Source: Octopus sinensis (taxonomy: Eukaryota). Taken from it: DNA of 64,000 nt. Location of the stretch: the NCBI RefSeq assembly GCF_006345805.1, contig NC_043014.1:49538001-49602000 (forward strand), given 5' to 3'. Below are positions 39,170-50,600 of the stretch, piece by piece. The position numbers were made by a program, and so were the translations under genes. A model generated the notes under the pieces. That model ran no database searches. It saw nothing but the letters and a program-made list of their open reading frames with translations, and was not told where the DNA came from. The first letter of the stretch is position 1. Every line of letters starts with the position of its first letter.

Positions 39170-41238
39170 TTGGGAACCAGGCAAAAATTGCTGCAGCTCG
39201 GCTGGGATGTGTTACCCCACCCGCCATATTCACTAGATATTGCTCCTTCGGATTTCCACTTATTCAGGTCTCTGCAGAATAGTCTTAATGGTAAAAATTT
39301 CAATTCCTTGGATGATGTAAAAAGATACCTTGGTGAATTCTTTGCCATGAAACCACCTCAATTCTGGGAAGAGGGATGAATTCTTTGCCATGAAACCACC
39401 TCAATTCTGGGAAGAGGGATGAATTCTTTGCCATGAAACCACCTCAATTCTGGGAAGAGGGATGAATTCTTTGCCATGAAACCACCTCAATTCTGGGAAG
39501 AGGGATGAATTCTTTGCCATGAAACCACCTCAATTCTGGGAAGAGGGATGAATTCTTTGCCATGAAACCACCTCAATTCTGGGAAGAGGGATGAATTCTT
39601 TGCCATGAAACCACCTCAATTCTGGGAAGAGGGATGAATTCTTTGCCATGAAACCACCTCAATTCTGGGAAGAGGGATGAATTCTTTGCCATGAAACCAC
39701 CTCAATTCTGGGAAGAGGGATGAATTCTTTGCCATGAAACCACCTCAATTCTGGGAAAGGGATGAATTCTTTGCCATGAAACCACCACCTCAATTCTGGG
39801 AAGAGGGATGAATTCTTTGCCATGAAACCACCTCAATTCTGGGAAGAGGGATGAATTCTTTGCCATGAAACCACCTCAATTCTGGGAGAGGGATGAATTC
39901 TTTGCCATGAAACCACCTCAATTCTGGGAAGAGGGATGAATTCTTTGCCATGAAACCACCTCAATTCTGGGAAGAGGGATGAATTCTTTGCCATGAAACC
40001 ACCTCAATTCTGGGAAGAGGGATGAATTCTTTGCCATGAAACCACCTCAATTCTGGGAAGAGGGATGAATTCTTTGCCATGAAACCACCTCAATTCTGGG
40101 AAGAGGGATGAATTCTTTGCCATGAAACCACCTCAATTCTGAAGAGGGATGAATTCTTTGCCATGAAACCACCTCAATTCTGGGAAGAGGGATGAATTCT
40201 TTGCCATGAAACCACCTCAATTCTGGGAAGAGGGATGAATTCTTTGCCATGAAACCACCTCAATTCTGGGAAGAGGGATGAATTCTTTGCCATGAACCAC
40301 CTCCTCAATTCTGGGAGAGAGGGATGAATTCTTTGCCATGAAACCACCTCAATTCTGGGAAGAGGGATGAATTCTTTGCCATGAAACCACCTCAATTCTG
40401 GGAAGAGGGATGAATTCTTTGCCATGAAACCACCTCAATTCTGGGAAGAGGGATGAATTCTTTGCCATGAAACCACCTCAATTCTGGGAAGAGGGATGAA
40501 TTCTTTGCCATGAAACCACCTCAATTCTGGGAAGAGGGATGAATTCTTTGCCATGAAACCACCTCAATTCTGGGAAGAGGGATGAATTCTTTGCCATGAA
40601 ACCACCTCAATTCTGGGAAGAGGGATGAATTCTTTGCCATGAACCACCTCAATTCTGGGAAGAGGGATGAATTCTTTGCCATGAAACCACCTCAATTCTG
40701 GGAAGAGGGATGAATTCTTTGCCATGAAACCACCTCAATTCTGGGAAGAGGGATGAATTCTTTGCCATGAAACCACCTCAATTCTGGGAAGAGGGATGAA
40801 TTCTTTGCCATGAAACCACCTCAATTCTGGGAAGAGGGATGAATTCTTTGCCATGAAACCACCTCAATTCTGGGAAGAGGGATGAATTCTTTGCCATGAA
40901 ACCACCTCAATTCTGGGAAGAGGGATGAATTCTTTGCCATGAAACCACCTCAATTCTGGGAAGAGGGATGAATTCTTTGCCATGAAACCACCTCAATTCT
41001 GGGAAGAGGGATGAATTCTTTGCCATGAAACCACCTCAATTCTGGGAAGAGGGATGAATTCTTTGCCATGAAACCACCTCAATTCTGGGAAGAGGGTATT
41101 TTCAAGTTAAAGGAAAGATGGAGACGCATTGTGCAACAAAATGGTTCATATTTGGTTGATTAAAAACGTAAAGGCAAATATTTATTGACCTTTTTCTTTC
41201 CTTTAAAAATTGGCATGAACTTTCCGGACAACCCAATA
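39170..41238 (+). mobile_element. 5'-truncated mariner transposon; transposase C-terminus split by a tandem array
   Basis: LGWDVLPHPPYSLDIAPSDFHLFRSLQNSL (YSPDLAPSD motif); resumes after the array as GIFKLKERWRRIVQQNGSYLVD* (stop 41161-41163); TIR-like end GAACTTTCCGGACAACCCAATA. Confidence 0.88.
39334..41096. repeat. 43-bp tandem array, about 41 copies
   Basis: Unit TGAATTCTTTGCCATGAAACCACCTCAATTCTGGGAAGAGGGA; 1763 bp / 43 is about 41; no spacers. Confidence 0.97.
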
Positions 41239-42029
41239 TATATACACACAACATTCACATACATATATACACATACACACACATACATATATACACATAC
41301 ACACACATATACATATATGCACACACATACATATCTCTTTTGCTTTTACTTGTTTCAGTCATTGGACAATGACCATGCTGGAGCACTACCTTTAAGGCCT
41401 TAGTCCAATGATTCCCAAATTTTTCAGGCTGCAAATCCCTTAGCCCCTGGACTACATTCCTAGCACACACCCTCACAAACATAGATCACTTTCTGCAGCA
41501 AATTCAAAACTGTATTTCATAAATAAAACTTAATCCATTATTTGGGGGGGGGGGTTTACATCCACGGCCCTCTTTTGGCAATCCCCTTATTGTCCCAGTT
41601 TTCTTCAATGCCTTCCAGCAGGGCAGTACTGCCCACTTTGGGAACCACTGGTTTTGTCAAACAAATCAACCCCAGTTGTCAAGTTGTAAATTGTTGGTGG
41701 GGGACAAAGACACACACACAGCGGGGCTGAATGCAAAAATACATGGTTACAAGGTGAACTGCTCCACCACACAGCTATGCGTGCATCTACAGTAACAAAT
41801 AATAACAATAATCCTTTCTTCTACAGGCACAAGGCCTGAAATTTTGAGGGGAGGGAACTTATCAATTACATCGACCCCAGTGTATAACTGGTACTTAATT
41901 TATCAACCCTGAAAGGATGAAAGGCAAACTCGAGCTCAGCAGAATTTGAACTCAGAACATGAAGACAGACAAATAAAATAATAATAATAATAACATTTTA
42001 TAAAGAATGATGTAACTCTTCACAAAGGT

Positions 42030-43808
42030 AAATAGATAAGAAGAGCATGATGTGATTGCAATAGATTGGTTATTGAACGGTTTGAATGATATTTTGACAG
42101 CTCACCTATCTTTTTCAAATTCAAAATGTAAAATGAAAACGACTGCAGAAACACAGAAATTCAAAGACATAAATGAGGAAATTCTGTGTTCCCATTTTGA
42201 TAGAATGACATCACCAGTTTTCAATTTTGTAACTGGTAAAAGGCGAAAGAAAAATGAAAAGGAAAAATATTTAGTCAAACCATTTTGTGTAAATGTGATG
42301 AAATTCACCTGTCATTTTATTCATTCCTCCAAGGCACGATGTTAGTAATTCACAAATATATTTGTCCTCATGAATTTTGAAAACTGAAAGTGTAGATTCA
42401 GAATGTTTTCCGAGAATGTGTACTTACAGGTGTTCCTCAAAATTGCAGCCATTTGATGTAAAATGTTTGATAAGTTCTGTCGAACTACTGCTTATATGAC
42501 TGATGTCATACCTGTGCAGGTCAAATCTTTTGTTTAATTGTTCTGTCATACAACCAATGTAAACCAAGTTGTGTCTGGTACATTCTTCTGTGTACACCAA
42601 ACAGGAATCTTTACACATCCTACCTTCCATATAAATCCTAACATTTCTGTTAGGATTCAAGATGAGGGCTTACCTCACATGCGGCTGTTTTTCAAGGTAC
42701 ACCGTTCAGAAACTCCAATGTTAGTTTTCTTGGAGTCAGATATAGTTGTTTAATAATATTTCTCTTATATTTTTATTCTGTCTAAAGGCTACAATAGTCA
42801 GCTGAGGGAATATTTGTTTGAAACAAGGGTATCTTTCTGCAATATGCTGGTAACTTTCACAAAACACTTTTGAAATGCCAAAGAAAATTTCTACTCCTTT
42901 TGCTACAGGGAGTAGAAAGCCATCTGGTCACTCAGAAATTTTGGCTGTACAACAATCATATCTGTTGCAAACTGGGTGCATTGGAGGAAATTTTCCAAAC
43001 TTTTTGTGCATTTTGGAGAGACCATAAAATACAAAATTTTGTGTACACCAAAAGGGAATCTGTACACACCCCAGCTTCGATATAAATCCTAACATTTCTG
43101 TTATGATTCAAGATGAGGGCTTACCTCACTTGTGGCTGTTTTTCAAGGTGCAGTGTTCAGAAACTCCAATGTTAGTTTTCTTGGAGTCAGAAATAGTCGT
43201 TTAATAATATTTCTCTTATATTTTTATTCCGTCTAAAGGCTACAATTCCGTTTAAAGGCTGAGGGAATATTTGTTTGAAACAAGGGTATTTTTCTGCAAT
43301 ATGCTGGTAACTTTCACATAACACTTTTGAAATGCCAAAGAAAATTTCAGTGCCAGTTAATCACTTTCTACTCCTTTTGCTACAGGGAGTAGAAAGCCAT
43401 CTGGTCACTCCGAAATTTTGGCTGTACAACAATCATATCTGTTGCAAACTGGACACATTGGAGGAAATTTTCCAAACTTTTTGCGCATTTTGGAGAGACC
43501 ATAAAACACAGGTGTTCTTTGTGCTGACTACAAAAATCCTGGATTCAGTCATGTTTATGAAATTGTTTTCCTCAATTTCCAGAATTATTTTGTCAAGTTC
43601 CCTTTTACCAGTTACAAAATTGAAAACTGATGATGTCATTCTATCAAAAATAGGAACACAGGATTTCCTCGTTTATGTCTTTGAATTTCTGTGTTTCTGC
43701 AGTGGCTTTCATTTTACATTTTGAACTTGAAAAAGACAGACAAGATGTCACAATATCATTCAAACTGTTAAATAAACAATCTGTAACAATCACTTCAAGC
43801 TCTTCTTA
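42030..43808 (-). mobile_element. Degenerate Penelope-like retroelement (GIY-YIG endonuclease end) with inverted terminal repeats of about 210 bp
   Basis: Linker FKQIFPQP..IVAFRRNKNIREILL; GIY-YIG-like CLVYTEECTRHNLVYIGCMTEQLNKRFDLHR...KHF; C-terminal EDKYICELLT...GGMN. 42030-42243 is inverted relative to 43590-43808. Internal duplication about 42590-43040 / 43041-43508. Confidence 0.8.
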
Positions 43809-43851
43809 ATAATAATAACAATAATAATAATAATAATAATAATATCAATAA

Positions 43852-44108
43852 TTATCGCTAAGCTAATATGGCAGTCCAGAAATATAGGACGAATGCTGCC
43901 GTTGATTAGCTCCAAGAAGCCATCGCCTCTAGCTAGCTATGTGACACACAAACCTGTGGAGGTTCGTGTGTCACATAGCTAGCCAGAGGCGATGGCCTCT
44001 TGGAGCTAATCAACTGCAGCATTCGTCCTAGAGGCGATGGCCTCTTGGAGCTAATCAGCGGCAGCATTCGTCCTATATTTCCGGACTGCCATATTAGCTT
44101 GGCGATAA
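43852..44108. repeat. Foldback element with a 45-bp duplication in the right arm
   Basis: Arms meet at a GTGG loop (43956-43959); 43985-44029 repeated at 44030-44074. Confidence 0.9.
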
Positions 44109-44406
44109 CTATTAATATCCAGTACCGCTGCCGTAGTCTCCTTTGGAGAGACTTAGAAATAATAATATTTCTATGATAATAATAATAATAAACTGACACT
44201 AATTTTTCTATAGCAGCCAGTCTAGCTTTAATAGTTGGAAAATATACAGGGTTAGGCCATTAAAACTGGGACAGAATCAGTGTTTCATTAAAGACAAGAG
44301 ACTTTTGCCTAGAGACAATGCAACATTCTGAATAAGTGTTTGTTTTTCTTTTTGTGTTTTCTTTTTTTTTTTTGGTAAAAGGGGGTGGAATAGTTTTTAT
44401 TTTCTG

Positions 44407-44412
44407 TTTATT
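44407..44412 (-). terminator. Candidate CRBN polyadenylation signal
   Basis: AATAAA on the minus strand about 100 nt after the stop codon. Confidence 0.35.
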
Positions 44413-44513
44413 GGAGAAGGGAGGGGGTAAAGTGAGGATTGGTTTGTTTTGTTTTTTAATTTTTGTTTTTTTTCTTTTTGACTTTTTTTTTCCCCCACAA
44501 GACAAGCGTTCTT

Positions 44514-44670
44514 TCATAACACTAAGACATCGGTGTCGTTTATTCCAGGAATAAGAGAGGCACGACACAGACCCCAGAACTTTTGCGGAGAGAGTTTGCG
44601 TTTGGCAGCCGTGAAACGCCAGCCCATGTGTGAACCACACTGACTGCAGTTGATTATCGTCCAAGCATAT
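44514..44670 (-). CDS. CRBN: CRBN last coding exon (CULT part 2 and stop)
   Basis: [51 protein letters not shown]. Confidence 0.95.
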
Positions 44671-47600
44671 CTGCAAAAGAACAACACAAAGATATATAAA
44701 AAACGTAAAAAAGAAAAAGGCCAACAACATCGTTTAGTTTATTATTTGCGAGTTTGACAGACCCTAATTTGAAGAAAGGATTTCATAATCCTTCTCTAAC
44801 AATGTTGCTGTTTATTCTCACCAAAGGCACAGGTATGGCTATATGGTTAAGCAGTTTGCTTCCCAGCCTTATAGTTTGGGGTTCAGTCCCATATTATGGC
44901 ACTGAATTGGATAAATGTCTTTTACACCAGCCCTGGGACAACCAAAGCCTTGTGAGTGGTTTTGCAGAACAGAAACTTAGAGAGGCAGAATCGTTAGCAT
45001 GCCAGGCGAAATGCTTAGCAGTATCTCGTCTGCCACTGAGTTCTGAGTTCAAATTCCGCCCGGGTCGACTTTGCCTTTCATCCTTTCAGGGTCGATAAAT
45101 TAAGTACCAGTCGTGCACTGGGGTCGATGTAATCGACTTAATCCTTTTGTCTGTCCTTGTTTGTCTCCTCTATCTTTAGCCCCTTTGTGGGCAATATAGA
45201 AATAAGAAACTAAGAGAAGGCCATCATATTTATATATGAAATCATCACCACCACCATTGTCATTTTAACATGCAATTTTATTTGCTTGCATGACTTGGAA
45301 GGAATTTTGTTGAGGTGAATTTTCTGTGGTCAGATGCCCTTCCTGTCACCAACCTTGTTTCCAAGTTAAGAACTTTTCCTACAACAAGACATGTTTTCAC
45401 AGAAGATGAATGAAGGACGCTGCTTGCATGATGGCAACATTTATTTACAAGTAGCACACAATGGCCAGGCAAGGGAGACAGTAACAAGTACATGCATGTG
45501 TATGTGTGTATGTGTGTGTGTGTGTTTTATGGCTAGATGCCCTTCCCAACACCAACCGCTTTATAGAATGTACTGGATGCTTTTACGCAGTACCCAACAG
45601 CATTGTTCACTGATCTGTTCTTAGTTTGAAAAAAGGCAAAAAGAGAAACTAAATACATTACCCAGGGAACCAGCTGTTTTCAGTTGAGGGTTGTCCAATG
45701 AGAGTAAGTCCTTTTGCTTTATGTACAGTAACTGTCTCGTGCACGTGACCTCCGGGATTGACGTACGCTGCCAGCGGCCCTTCCAGTGACATGCTGAATA
45801 CGTCGCTCTTGTTTGCCACTTCCAAGTCACACTTGCGGCAACAAAGGATTGAACACTACAACAAACAACAACAACAAGAAAAACATCAACAAAGACACTG
45901 AGATTGTTTTGTTTTTGATTTTTTTTTATATGAAAAGATGTGAATTGTGTGGTAAGAAGTTTGCTTCCCAACCATACGGTTCCGAGTTACCTCCCTTAGA
46001 GTGACATAAAAGGTAGATAGGAACATACTATTGTATAAATCTCTCTCTATATAAAGCTGAAGTTGTCTGTGTATGGCAGGTTTGGTAGCCTTCAACTAAC
46101 ACTATCTCCTCAGAGACCCTGCGGTGCAAGTTGACCAAAATTGAGAGTATGATAGAAGAAGGCCAAATTGGACCATGTTAAGACCAAAAATTATTTACAT
46201 CAAAAAGGTGCTTCTTTTCTATGAAAATCCCTATTTTTTACGATTTTTTTGACAGCTGTGTCACCATTTTTTGGTGTATTTCAACCAGAAAAATGTTCAC
46301 TTAAAGAGAATAACAAGCTACATAATGCAAAATTTTTACTTTTCAAAAATTCCAATTCTAAAGGGTCGAAACAAACCTGAACAACGCCAGGCGATACTGC
46401 TAGTAGGTAAATAATGTTCTGATCAGTTCTACTACCAATCATTATCACCACCAGTTGTCTTATTCCTGAAGATGTACATTATCCTCAGCTGAACTTGAAC
46501 TAAAAGGGTAAAGGGGGAAGACTCCCTCCCTTCAGTCATGAATGACCATGAAATTGCACCTAGAAAGGCAAAGGGGCCAATACAGCTTGGCACCAGTGAC
46601 ATCACAACTCGTTTCTACAGATGAGTGAACTGGAGCAACATGAAATAAAGTGTCTTGCTCAAGAACACAACACTCAGCCCGATCCAAGAACTGAACTCAC
46701 TACCTCGTGATTCTGAGCTTGATGCTCTAACCACTGAGCTATGCTCCTTCACAAGGATTTAAACAAGGAACTAGGAAATATTTCTAAACAAAAGATAGTT
46801 ATAAATCAGTCCAATAAACCATTGTTTTACTATGCAGATAGAACCTGAGGTAATGGAGAGAATGAATGCAAGAGATTGGCTGTGTGGTAAGTAGCTTGCT
46901 TACCAACTACATGGTTCCGAGTTCAGTCCCACTGCGTGGAATCTTGGGCAAGTGTCTTTTGCTATAGCCTCGGGCCGACCAATGCCTTGTGAGTGGATTT
47001 GGTAGACGGAAACTGAAAGAAGCCTGTCGTATATATGTATATATATGTATGTGTGTGTATGTGTTTGTGTGTCTGTGTTTGTTCCCCTAGCATTGCCTGA
47101 CAACCGATGCTGGTGCGTTTACGTCCCCCGTCACTTAGCAGTTCAGCAAAAGAGACCGATAGAATAAGTACTGGGCTTACAAAGAATAAGTCCCGGGGTC
47201 GATTTGCTCGACTAAAGGCGGTGCTCCAGCATGGCCGCAGTCAAATGACTGAAACAAGTAAAAGAGTAAAAGAGTAAATAAGTAAATAAACAAGAAGTAT
47301 TTTTTTTCCCACATACATTCTGCATGATGCTAAGTTCACAGCGCAATCTCTGAACAGCACTATCAATGCTGAGTAGATGAATCCGCCGGCTGTCGTCCAG
47401 GGGGAGATTCTGAAGAACCCAATAAGAGAAATCCACAGGATCCATTCCAGATACTTCTGTTTTCAGACTTTCATTCCAGCTACACAGTTCTTTGCGTATA
47501 CGTTGAATCAGATTCTCCTGCAAAAACACATGAATAGCAATTTCAACACCAACTAAACACTTTTGTTGCTGACAGGAGATTAAAAAAAAAAAAATAAGAA

Positions 47601-50600
47601 AAACGTTTTATTTTTGGAGACCCAAGACCCAGAAATTACTTTTACATGGAGACGTTAATTCAGAGTTGCTTTTCTGCATTTTATTTACTCAGTGCATATT
47701 TTACATGGGAATCATCATCATCATCATCATTTAACGTCCGTTTTCCATGCTAGCATGGGTTGGACGGTTCAACCGGGGTCTGGGGAAACCAGGAGGCTGA
47801 ACCAGGCTCCAATCCAATCTGGCAATATTTCTACAGCTGGACGCCCTTCCTAATGCCCAACACTCTGTGAGAGTAGTGGATGCTTTTTACATGTCACTGG
47901 CACAGGGGCCAGAGGAAGCTGGCAATGATCACGATCGGTTGGTGCTTTTTACGTGCCAATAGATGTATATATATCATCATCATCATCATCGTTTAATGTC
48001 CATTTTCCATGCTAGCACAGGTTGGACGGTTCAACCGGGGTCTGGTAAGCCATGGAGGCTGCACCAGGCTCCAGTCTGATTTGGCAGTGTTTCTACAGCT
48101 AGATGCCCTTCCTAACACCAACCACCCCATGAGCATAGTGGATGTTTTTTTACGTGCCACCAGCACAGGGGCCAGAGCAGGCTGGCAAACAGTCACAATC
48201 GGTTGGTGCTTTTACGTGTCACCGACACAGACGCCAATCAGGCGTCGCTGGCATCTGCCACATTCGGACGGTGCTTTTTACGCGTCACCGGCACGGGTGT
48301 CTTAACTACAATTTCCATAAAATAAAATAGAATAAAAGGGTAAATAGTGAAGATGGATAAATAACAGACGAAAGGGTCAGCATTGCTCATGAAGGATACC
48401 TTGTTGGGATGTATCCAGTTTATTGAGATGCAGACAGTTAATTGTGATACAGTTACCAGGATACATTCACTTCACAAGGATAGACACAGCTAAAGGGATT
48501 ACACGTTGGTTAAGTAGAATACCAGGATATACACAGTTTTCTCTCCTTGTTTCTCTCGTTGTTTTCTCTATGTCCCTTTCTGTAGAAGAGCGTAGGCTCG
48601 AAACATAAAAGACTTTTTCTATTCCTGAGCATTATACTAATACATCTGTTCGTTTTGTACACCACCTGTCTTTGTCTTTCGTTTTTTTCATAAACTCTCC
48701 CTATACACAGTTAATTAGGATAAGCACAGTTAAAGGAATACATGTAGGTGATAGATGGTTAACTAGGATGCACATAGTTAAAGGGGACAGATATTGTTAC
48801 CGAGAATACTAAGATGGTGAACAAAGAAACAAATGGTTAAACAAATGCACACAGTCAGATGTTCTCTGTTTTAAAGAAAAGGTTTTGGCCAATTCCTTCG
48901 ATATTATCCTCTCTCAAACTTTAATAAAAGGATAAACCAACTTCAAGTGAATACACAGCTTCTTCTTCTTCTACTGCCACTACTACTACTACTACTACTA
49001 CTTACCGTGTCATACATTTTGTACACCCAAGGAGGCCATTGTGTGAAGTAGGAGGATGTGAATTTGTCCAGCTAGAAAAAATATACAATGAAAGATGAAC
49101 AGTAATAATAATAATAATAATAATAAGGTTAATATGACATAGATGTTTAGAACTATTAAATTTAAACATGAAATTCTAGCGGCGGCGGCACAGTGCCCAA
49201 TGACTGAACCAAGTTAAAAAAAAAAGAAAAGAAAAAGAAACAAACTTGAAAAGAAAAGGTGCTCTTAGTGCTCCACTGGCACAGTAACGATCACGTTTGA
49301 ATGGTGCTTTTTACGTGCCGCCGGCACGGAAGCCAGTCAGCTGCTCTGGCAGTGATCATGCTCAGATGGTGCTCTTAGCGCTCCACTGGCACGGGTGCCA
49401 GTCATCGAAAAGGACATGAAAAATTTAAAAGAAGGCACCCAGCTCTTCTCCTCTCCAAAAACACAATCAAACTCGATGGTTGCTACTCAAAGAGAAAGAA
49501 TCTTACCTGTTTATTGGTCAACATGTTGACTTTTCTCAAGATTTCGCCATTTCTGTCGACTGCTGTTTTCACGACCAAATCCTGCTGTGTGGGGCAACAA
49601 CAGAACTTGTAGTGGCTCTGTGGTCGAGCGCCATCTAGATAGTCAGACTGAATCTTCTCAGGTAATATATGCACCTTGGCCATCAAGATTCTGGAAAAAA
49701 TCGGTGAAGAGGGAGGGAGAGCAGGAAGAGATAAAGAGGAGGGAAAAAAGAAAAAAATAGAACACAAAATTAATTTAATTTTTAAGTATTTCTGTTTCAA
49801 TTGTTTCTCATGATTTACTGAAAGGCAAAGAGAATGGCTAGGATATGATGGTGGGGTGGTGGTGGTGATGGTGGTGGTGGTGATGGTGGTGGTGGTGAAG
49901 GTGGTGGTGGTGGTGATGGTGGTGGTGGTGATGGTGGTGGTGGTGGAGGTGGTGAAGGTGGTGGTGGTGATGGTGGTGATTGTGGTGGTGGTGGTGGTGG
50001 TGGTGATTGTGATGTTGGTGGTGATGGTGGTGATGGTGGTGGTGGTGGTAGCGGCTGTAGATGGTGTTTTTGTTGTTATTGTTGTTAAGCAACAAGACGG
50101 GTAAGGGTGATTAGGTGATGGTCTAGGGCAGTGCTTTTCAACCTTTTTTGCTGGAGCGGAACCCCAAGAAAACATTTCACTGGCTTGAGGAACCCCTGTG
50201 CAATAATTTAATTGTCTTATGCACACATATCTGCACAGGAGAATTAAAAATTACTGTCGATTTTAGCAGTTTTGTAACTTCTTGCGGAACCCCCTGGACT
50301 GTACTGGTGGAACCCTGGTTGAAAACCACTGGTCTGGGGCTTAGGGGCAGGAGACCCCAGACCTTGGAAAAAAAAAACTTTGGTCGTCTTGTTGTAGTCA
50401 AGGGCTCTTCGTTGACGCCCAACACCACTGGGAGGTGGCCCTCGAAGTCGCTGGAAATGGAGATCTCCAGGTCCAAATTCTTGGACGGCTGTAGGTGGTG
50501 TGGTGATGGTAGTGAGAGTGACAATGATGACAATGGTGATAGTAGTTGCAATGATGATAGTGGTAGTGATGATGACAGTTGTGATGATGACAATGGTGGT

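Noticed and set aside
39334-41096. CRISPR array
   Set aside because: The 43-bp units are contiguous with no unique spacers, derive from mariner coding sequence, and there are no cas genes; the DNA is eukaryotic.
45621-45971. ORF-track peptide [14 protein letters not shown]...
   Set aside because: Wrong frame; the real CULT exon is in another frame of the same DNA.
49483-50226. Poly-Thr, poly-His or poly-Val protein ORFs
   Set aside because: These are translations of a (GGT/GAT)n intronic tract; only 49507-49690 is a real CRBN exon.
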